NCBI GenBank assembly: GCA_964421245.1
Contig: CAYQVW010000004.1
Coordinates: 14,971 to 78,970 of the forward strand
From: an uncultured bacterium
GTDB taxonomy: Bacteria; Margulisbacteria; WOR-1; XYC2-FULL-46-14
Length of the DNA: 64,000 nucleotides
Reading direction: 5' to 3'
Positions 57,849-64,000 of this stretch are shown piece by piece (within the stretch, counting starts at the first letter, position 1; every line of letters starts with the position of its first letter). Both the position numbers and the translations under genes were made by a program. The notes under the pieces were generated by a model. The model did no database searches, had not been told where the DNA came from, and saw nothing but the letters and a program-made list of their open reading frames with translations.

Positions 57849-58112
57849 ATGAAATTGAACATATGGAATCTATTTTTGGCTTTCATCATTTTATATCTTG
57901 TTTTCCAGATTCATGCAGATATAAACTCATATAAAAACTTAAAGTCAAAGAACGAACGTTTAAAGATAAACTTTGAGCGAGAAAAAGTAAAGCAAGAAGA
58001 ATTAAAAAGTTCAATTGCAAAACTAGAGGACCAAAACTTCATTGAACAAATTGCAAGGGATAAGATAAATTTAGTAAAAAATAAGGAACAGGCTTACAAA
58101 ATATGGCACTAG
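57849..58112 (+). CDS. ftsB: septum formation initiator family protein (FtsB/DivIC-like)
   Basis: 87 aa with one TM helix, a coiled coil, and the IEQIARDKINLVKNKE motif. Confidence 0.7.
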   Translation: MKLNIWNLFLAFIILYLVFQIHADINSYKNLKSKNERLKINFEREKVKQEELKSSIAKLEDQNFIEQIARDKINLVKNKEQAYKIWH

Positions 58113-58519
58113 AAAAAGGAACTGTCGTTAAGGGAAAAATAACTGGAATTGCAAAGTTTGGAGCATTTATTGAATTACAGGAAAAACAGGTCGGACTAGT
58201 CCATGTTTCGCAGATATCAAACGATTACATAACAGATATAAACCAACACTTAAAAGTTGGAGATATTGTAAAGGTTAAGATTCTTGGCATGTCAAAGGGA
58301 GATAAATACGATTTATCCATAAAACAGGCGGGGGATGTTCCGCCAGTAAAACATAGCAAACCTAGCTATCACCCCAAAAAGGACAAACCGGCTCCAGGAA
58401 CGTTTGAAGACAAGATAACCAGTTTTTTAAAACAAAGTGAAGAGAGATTGCTCGATTTAAAAAAGAACATTGAAGGTAAGCAGGGAATCAGAAAGAGAAA
58501 GAAGAAGAAGGTAGAATAG
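58103..58519 (+). CDS. S1 RNA-binding domain protein (YabR/GSP13-like)
   Basis: GTVVKGKITGIAKFGAFIELQEKQVGLVHVSQISNDYI ... GDIVKVKILG. Confidence 0.85.
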   Translation: MALEKGTVVKGKITGIAKFGAFIELQEKQVGLVHVSQISNDYITDINQHLKVGDIVKVKILGMSKGDKYDLSIKQAGDVPPVKHSKPSYHPKKDKPAPGTFEDKITSFLKQSEERLLDLKKNIEGKQGIRKRKKKKVE

Positions 58520-58521
58520 AT

Positions 58522-58609
58522 GCCGGGGTGGCGGAATTTGGCAGACGCTGCAGACTTAAAATCTGTTGGGACTAATATTCCCGTGCCGGTTCAAGTCCGG
58601 CCCTCGGCA
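58522..58609 (+). tRNA. tRNA-Leu (anticodon UAA), class II with a long variable arm
   Basis: Hand-folded. Acceptor GCCGGGG/CCTCGGC (one G-U pair), anticodon loop CTTAAAA, variable arm TGTTGGGACTAATATTCCCGT, T arm GCCGGTTCAAGTCCGGC, discriminator A. No encoded CCA. Confidence 0.9.
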
Positions 58610-58691
58610 TTTTTTCTTGCCTGCCCTGTAAAATTAAATTAGCTGAAATTTTCCAATCTAACCAGCGAATAATATACATGGTGATCATAAA

Positions 58692-60968
58692 ATGGCAGAT
58701 ATAATAATAAAAACGGCCCCACAGGAACACAAACCATATCTCTTTGCCGCAGACAAGGCTGGAGACAATAACGGAAAAATAAACACCCCCCAAGAAGCAC
58801 AAGCAGCAAGAGAAGTTTTCTGTGATAATCAACCCTCGCAATGTAGAGCTAATCTAAGAGATAATAAAGGATTATTCGGTTTCTTAGAAAAACACAAATA
58901 CGACCTAACTAAACCATACTTTAATAGTGTTTCATTAGTATTATATTTGGGAAGCAAAATCAGAACTTGGGAAAAAATTATTAAAACCACCAAGCAACCA
59001 GATCAGTTTTGCAAAGTAATCGGAGAATTAAACAAAGCTATACAATCAAACATTCCTATAGTACTAAAAAGAAGAATACTCTTTCTTCTTATAACTATAT
59101 TAAAAACAACTAGTCCAGTCCATAAACATAGAGAAGCCCTGGCAAACGCTATAACGCTTAAAAATATCCTTTTAAGTTTTTCTCGTTCGAGCTCAGATAA
59201 ATCACTACAAAAATTAGCGAAAGAAGGCATAAAACAAGTTTTAACCGGGACATTTTTAGACACCCCGTATCAATCAATAAAAGATGGGATGATGCAGTTG
59301 TTTGGAAACATCCTAACCGATCCAAACATTTCTAGCACCATACATCAGGAGACATTAAGTCTTCTAATCAAATTTTGTAGTCAAGGCCGGCCAGGTAGAG
59401 TTACCTATCTTGAAAACTCTCACGTAATATTTAATGATTTACTAAAAAAACAAGGAAATGACAATACAATCAAAAAAATTAACGGCCTCCTTCTTAAAGA
59501 ATTAGATAAACAACACAAGCTATTAGCAGGTGAAATTAGGGGATTCTCTAAGGATCCCAGGGAAACACAAAGATTATTACTATTGATATTTGGAGTGATT
59601 CAAAAACGGTTCAAGTCTACAACTTTACTATTAAATAATTTACATTTACTAATAGTTGCGTTAAAAAAATTAGGGTTATCAGTTAACAAAATCAAAAAAA
59701 CACTTTTTGCTTTCCTAAAAAACGCTCGACCAATTACTGTACCCATGACAATTGGCGGCCCATCAGCAATAAGACGAGGGGGAGCACCTTATGCTTTCAG
59801 AAATGTTAGTAGCATTTTAGCATCGACCACTAAAACAATAAAAATGCTCGAAGCACTGGGATTAAACAAAAAACAGATTCTTGAATTAACCTTACCATTA
59901 CTGCTTGAAAAACCAGATCTTTATTACTCTTCTGTAGTTGATTATGCAATAGAAATCATGGCCAGGATAATAAGCTTTCTTAAAAGTAAAGGCCATGACA
60001 AAAACGCTATCTACACAAGCCTTAAAACCGTTATTGATGCAACCAAGGGGAAAGCTCTAATATATACCGCTTTATCTACCTTTTTTGCATCATTAACTTA
60101 TTCAAAATTTTCCAGTAGTGAATTTAGAGGAAAATTATCTGTTAAAGCTCTATGTAAAGAAATTAATAAAAAAAGTCGTAGTGCTTCTTCTTTTCGTTCT
60201 AAGGATAATACGATCAAAAGATTGAATGAATACGTAAATACCAGATGGTATCGGGATTTCCTTCCAACTAAAGGCGGGCAGAAAGCTATACTTCCTGCTG
60301 AAATAAAACCATATTTAAAAAGCATGCCTCGACAAAGGTATTTTGCAACTCTAATGAACAATTACGGCAATCGACTCCTATTAGAAGCTAACTATCCAAA
60401 CCACTGCCCCAAGAAGAGAAGAAGGATAAACTTAGTCAAAGCCGCTAATTTTATAAAGGCCGTGGCAAATTTGCCTTTTGGTGGACCAACTACCTATGGC
60501 GATCCTGGAAAAAATTATAATTACAAAATGCAACTTATGATGCGAATTCCCTTCTTGATAGATATTGGAGCAAGTGAACAACAAATTGCAAATTTTGCGA
60601 AGAGAGAATCGCTCAAACTTACTGGAGTTCCGATACGCTATTGGCACAACCTAATAAATCTCGTTAGCTACTTTCACAACAATGGCTATTCCGCACAAGA
60701 AATATTTTATCATTTATATAGAACCAGACATCTTCATTATGCTCATTATTACAACCAGAGATTTAAAATTATGCTTTCTTTTCTCAAAGAATTGGATGCA
60801 CTAAAAATAGCAGGACAAAGGAAAAACAAACTATTAGAATTGTCCTATCGTTGTGGAAAACATGACTATAGATTTGGCTGCAAAAATATCTTAACAAGAC
60901 TTAAGGCCGGAATGACTCATGATAAAATAAAGGCCCAACTACAAAAAAGTTACCTATGCCCACCGTAG
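58692..60968 (+). CDS. hypothetical protein (758 aa orphan, predicted all-alpha, Lys-rich)
   Basis: Long ORF immediately downstream of tRNA-Leu. No family recognised. The leucine-rich helical repeats are reminiscent of HEAT/ARM-like solenoids. Confidence 0.6.
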   Translation: MADIIIKTAPQEHKPYLFAADKAGDNNGKINTPQEAQAAREVFCDNQPSQCRANLRDNKGLFGFLEKHKYDLTKPYFNSVSLVLYLGSKIRTWEKIIKTTKQPDQFCKVIGELNKAIQSNIPIVLKRRILFLLITILKTTSPVHKHREALANAITLKNILLSFSRSSSDKSLQKLAKEGIKQVLTGTFLDTPYQSIKDGMMQLFGNILTDPNISSTIHQETLSLLIKFCSQGRPGRVTYLENSHVIFNDLLKKQGNDNTIKKINGLLLKELDKQHKLLAGEIRGFSKDPRETQRLLLLIFGVIQKRFKSTTLLLNNLHLLIVALKKLGLSVNKIKKTLFAFLKNARPITVPMTIGGPSAIRRGGAPYAFRNVSSILASTTKTIKMLEALGLNKKQILELTLPLLLEKPDLYYSSVVDYAIEIMARIISFLKSKGHDKNAIYTSLKTVIDATKGKALIYTALSTFFASLTYSKFSSSEFRGKLSVKALCKEINKKSRSASSFRSKDNTIKRLNEYVNTRWYRDFLPTKGGQKAILPAEIKPYLKSMPRQRYFATLMNNYGNRLLLEANYPNHCPKKRRRINLVKAANFIKAVANLPFGGPTTYGDPGKNYNYKMQLMMRIPFLIDIGASEQQIANFAKRESLKLTGVPIRYWHNLINLVSYFHNNGYSAQEIFYHLYRTRHLHYAHYYNQRFKIMLSFLKELDALKIAGQRKNKLLELSYRCGKHDYRFGCKNILTRLKAGMTHDKIKAQLQKSYLCPP

Positions 60969-61600
60969 TCAACATAGGTAAATCCTTTCTCTCTCAACTT
61001 GCAACTATCACACACCCCACACGGTTTTCTACCACCCTTATAACAAGACCAGGTTAACTCAAGAGGAACTTTTAACTTGCGAGCAAGTTTGATTATTTGT
61101 GCTTTTGTTTTTTTGATCAACGGAGCTTTAATTTCTATTTTCTGATTCCTAGTTCCCAATTTCACAATTTTTTGGAAAGCAGAAATAAATTCAGGACGAC
61201 AATCCGGATATCCGGAATAATCAATCGCATTTGCTCCGATAAAAATATGTTTTGCTCCAATCGCTTCAGCATACGACAAAGCAAAACTTAGAAAGATCGT
61301 ATTTCTGGCAGGAACATAGGTTGAAGGAATCTTCTTTCTATTCTTCTTGAACCTTGGCACTTGCCCCTTCAACCCTAACAATACACTCCCTCTCCACGGC
61401 AACTTAATCTTGATAATCTGATAAGGAACTTTTACACGTTTCGCAGTCCCAACCGCATAACGCATCTCTTTCTTATGCCGTTGTCCGTAATCAAAAATTA
61501 GAGCATGACACTTATAGCCTTTATTAAGTGCGTAATATAATGTTGTAGTCGAATCGAGCCCGCCGGAGAGAAGGATTGCTGCCTTTGTTTTTTTTAACAT
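60950..61600 (-). CDS. queC: 7-cyano-7-deazaguanine synthase
   Basis: 216 aa with a PP-loop (AAILLSGGLDSTT) and a C-terminal Cys cluster (SCYKGGRKPCGVCDSC). Confidence 0.92.
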   Translation of the reverse strand: MLKKTKAAILLSGGLDSTTTLYYALNKGYKCHALIFDYGQRHKKEMRYAVGTAKRVKVPYQIIKIKLPWRGSVLLGLKGQVPRFKKNRKKIPSTYVPARNTIFLSFALSYAEAIGAKHIFIGANAIDYSGYPDCRPEFISAFQKIVKLGTRNQKIEIKAPLIKKTKAQIIKLARKLKVPLELTWSCYKGGRKPCGVCDSCKLREKGFTYVDYGGHR

Positions 61601-61609
61601 GAAGAAAAA

Positions 61610-63043
61610 TTATTTAAACCATTTTGCAATGTAGTTATCACCATCAGCTCGGTAACCACTAGTATGTAGGTTATCTGAAGAATCGATTGCCAAAGTATAT
61701 GGATAAAAAGTATTTACCAATCCTGATCCAACAGTAGCCCAGGCAGTCCCATCCCACTTTGCCACATGTTGCGCTGATACCCCACCAGCATCATCAAAAC
61801 TCCCAACAACATATAAGTCACCCGATGAGTCAAATCCCATGTCAAATACTGGATTAAAACTTGAAGATCCAGGATCAATCCCAGTTCCTAACTTTGACCA
61901 GGAAGTTCCATTCCATTTTGCTATACCATAGGCAGTAATCCCCGCAATATTGTCAAATTGCCCCGCAACATATAAATTTCCCGATGAATCAAGATCTATA
62001 GCAAACACAGGGTAATCTATCCCACTTGCAATTGACGACCAAGAAGATCCATCCCATTTCGCTAGATAATCTGCGGGAGCTCCATGTAAACTTACCGTAA
62101 AAGTACCACCAGCAAACACATTTCCGGCTGAGTCAACAGCTAGGGTGTACACAAATCCATTTATTCCCGTTCCAAAGTTATTCCAGTCCGAACCATCCCA
62201 CACAGCAACTCCATCGTATGTTTGAATTCCATAAATAGTACCAAAACTTCCACCAGCATATAAATTTCCCGACGAATCAAATTCTAAACAGTATACAATA
62301 CCATCATCAATTCCCCTACCTACCGCAGACCAAGAAGACCCATCCCATTTTGCGATGCGGTTTACCGTCGTTCCTCCAGCTGTTGTAAAATGTCCTCCTG
62401 CATACACGTTATTTGAAGAATCTATAGCCAAAGCATAGACCGTGTTATTCATTCCAGTTCCAAGTGTAGACCAAGAAGACCCATCCCACTTAGCAATATA
62501 ATTAACTGTAGTTCCTCCTGCGGTTGTAAATTCGCCACCAGCATATAAATTACCCAAAGAGTCAAAAGCTAAAGCATGAACCTTACCATTTAAATAACCT
62601 GCGATAGAAGCCCAAGACGGAACCGAAGAGGTCGTAGTTGTAAAGTTCCAGGTATACGAACTCCCCATTGAATTGCCCGCCAGATCCTTTACTGTTGCAG
62701 CAATAGTTACTGTATGAGTATTATTTGAATACAAATTAAACACAGGAGAAAAAGTAAATATCTTTTGGGAATTATCATAGGCAACGGTACCAGCTACTCC
62801 TCCCAAAGGAGAGGCTATAGAAAAGGCCGGAGCATCAACGGTTGAATAATTCATCGCCTCAGAAAAAGTAACTGAAATTTGAGAGTCCAAAGCAACATTG
62901 GTTGCTGCTAAATTAGGAGAAATACTGGCAACTGTTGGTGGAATGATATCTTGAAATTTACTTTTGCCACAACCATAAATCAAAAAAACAACCAAAAACA
63001 AGAAAATGAGACAAATACTAAAATTTCTCGGTATTTTTAACAC
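61610..63043 (-). CDS. lipoprotein with an N-terminal Ig-like (SbsA-type) domain and beta-propeller repeats of about 47 aa
   Basis: Lipobox IYGCGK. SPNLAATNVALDSQISVTFSEAMN. Repeated IAKWDGSSWS.LG.G....VYALA.DSSGN.YAGG.FTTAGG units. Confidence 0.75.
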   Translation of the reverse strand: MLKIPRNFSICLIFLFLVVFLIYGCGKSKFQDIIPPTVASISPNLAATNVALDSQISVTFSEAMNYSTVDAPAFSIASPLGGVAGTVAYDNSQKIFTFSPVFNLYSNNTHTVTIAATVKDLAGNSMGSSYTWNFTTTTSSVPSWASIAGYLNGKVHALAFDSLGNLYAGGEFTTAGGTTVNYIAKWDGSSWSTLGTGMNNTVYALAIDSSNNVYAGGHFTTAGGTTVNRIAKWDGSSWSAVGRGIDDGIVYCLEFDSSGNLYAGGSFGTIYGIQTYDGVAVWDGSDWNNFGTGINGFVYTLAVDSAGNVFAGGTFTVSLHGAPADYLAKWDGSSWSSIASGIDYPVFAIDLDSSGNLYVAGQFDNIAGITAYGIAKWNGTSWSKLGTGIDPGSSSFNPVFDMGFDSSGDLYVVGSFDDAGGVSAQHVAKWDGTAWATVGSGLVNTFYPYTLAIDSSDNLHTSGYRADGDNYIAKWFK

Positions 63044-63053
63044 AATTCCTCCA

Positions 63054-64000
63054 CTAAATTTTAATAATTTGTTTTCTTTTAGGTCCTACCGAAACCATCG
63101 AAATCTTACATTCTGCAAGCTCAGCAAGTTTATCAAGATAATTCTTACAGTTTTGAGGAAGTTCATCATAAGAGGAGGCTTTTGTTATATCTTCTTTCCA
63201 ACCAGGCATCTCTTCATAAACCGGGGTACATTTTGCTAAGCGATATATATCTGTTGGAAAATCATAAATCTTCTTTCCATTGTATTCATAGGCAGTACAA
63301 ATCTTAATCTTATCAAGCCCAGATAAAACATCAATCTTAGTTACTGCCAAATCAGTTAAACCATTAATTTTTGAAGCATGCTTCATAACAACACCATCAA
63401 ACCATCCGCAACGACGTGGTCGGCCAGTTGTTGCTCCATACTCCCCACCCTTTTCTCTTAAATTTTCTTGCATTTGTCCTTCTATTTCTGTTGGGAAAGG
63501 ACCACCACCAACACGAGTTACATAAGCTTTTACAACTCCGATAATTTTATCGATTGCATTTGGTGGAACTCCAGCACCAGTACATGATCCACCAGATATT
63601 GGGTTTGACGATGTTACATATGGAAAGGTCCCATGGTCAACATCAAGCATGGTCCCCTGCGCCCCTTCCATCAATATGCTCTTTTTCTCTTTTATCGCTT
63701 TATGAATAACAGAAGTTGATTCTTCTACAACGTATTTTTTAATCTCGTGACCATAACTTAAATATTCGGCAACTAACTTATCTAGGTCGTATGAAACGGA
63801 CATTCCATAAAACTTATTTAGCATAAATTCTTTTTCTTCAAGATTCCAGGCAAGTTTTGATCGCAAAAGCTTTTCATTATAAAGATCGCCGATTCTAATT
63901 CCGCGGCGATTATATTTGTCTACATAACATGGTCCAATTCCTCGAGAGGTTGTACCAATACGTCCAGCCTCTTTTTTCTTCTCTTGAGCAGTATCTAAAT
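63054..64000 (-). CDS. purA: adenylosuccinate synthase; the N-terminus runs off the right edge
   Basis: GATTGRPRRCGWFD and TKIDVL motifs. The reading frame stays open upstream of the track start (63866) to the window edge and encodes GTTSRGIGPCYVDKYNRRGIRIGDL. Confidence 0.92.
   Translation of the reverse strand, partial: LDTAQEKKKEAGRIGTTSRGIGPCYVDKYNRRGIRIGDLYNEKLLRSKLAWNLEEKEFMLNKFYGMSVSYDLDKLVAEYLSYGHEIKKYVVEESTSVIHKAIKEKKSILMEGAQGTMLDVDHGTFPYVTSSNPISGGSCTGAGVPPNAIDKIIGVVKAYVTRVGGGPFPTEIEGQMQENLREKGGEYGATTGRPRRCGWFDGVVMKHASKINGLTDLAVTKIDVLSGLDKIKICTAYEYNGKKIYDFPTDIYRLAKCTPVYEEMPGWKEDITKASSYDELPQNCKNYLDKLAELAECKISMVSVGPKRKQIIKI

Noticed and set aside
58522-60968. Integrated genomic island at tRNA-Leu
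   Set aside because: No integrase, no direct repeat of the tRNA 3' end downstream and only one ORF. Reported as an orphan-gene observation rather than as a mobile element.

Overview
About 64 kb of an AT-rich bacterial chromosome. I cannot assign a taxon from the sequence. An outer-membrane-type beta-barrel protein, type IV pilus genes and many lipobox lipoproteins suggest a diderm, possibly uncultivated lineage. The backbone is housekeeping: a partial 2-oxoacid:ferredoxin oxidoreductase, mscS-like, tig-clpP-lon, ileS, a complete but scattered biotin pathway (bioC, bioH-like, bioB, bioF, bioD, bioA), thiF-thiS-rrf2-cysK-metY, CIRCE-hrcA-grpE-dnaK-dnaJ-rsmE, rsmA-pdxA-aminotransferase-lipA-pilT, pilD, ftsB-like, an S1 protein, tRNA-Leu(UAA), queC and partial purA. 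Accessory content sits between these. It includes three very large repetitive surface proteins (1877 aa, about 1083 aa, 592 aa), a VWA/BNR/Zn-ribbon/CDF operon and four lysine-rich orphan ORFs (506, 472, 213, 758 aa). It also includes an ORF6N (KilA-N-like) gene, a HEPN/MNT cassette, and an orphan two-gene operon: an ATP-grasp PEP-utilising-type phosphotransferase plus an unknown partner. I saw no rRNA, CRISPR array, transposase or integrase. The most unusual signals are non-coding or structural. (1) Upstream of the ORF6N gene there is a 5+5 inverted array of GTTACG hexamers at 10-bp phasing, next to a 5+5 inverted array of GKKATAG-like heptads. (2) Heptanucleotide tandem repeats recur inside and between genes, including a near-identical 25-nt CAAGGGT array in both ileS and bioF. 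(3) An 86-bp composite palindrome lies in frame in rsmE. (4) A diverged copy of the bioB 5' end lies upstream of the HEPN/MNT cassette. (5) Homopolymer frameshifts interrupt two lipoprotein genes. (6) Many genes have a GTTATAAT box 6-8 nt before the ATG, suggesting leaderless mRNAs. All product calls rest on motif recognition by eye; no database search or computation beyond hand alignment was possible.
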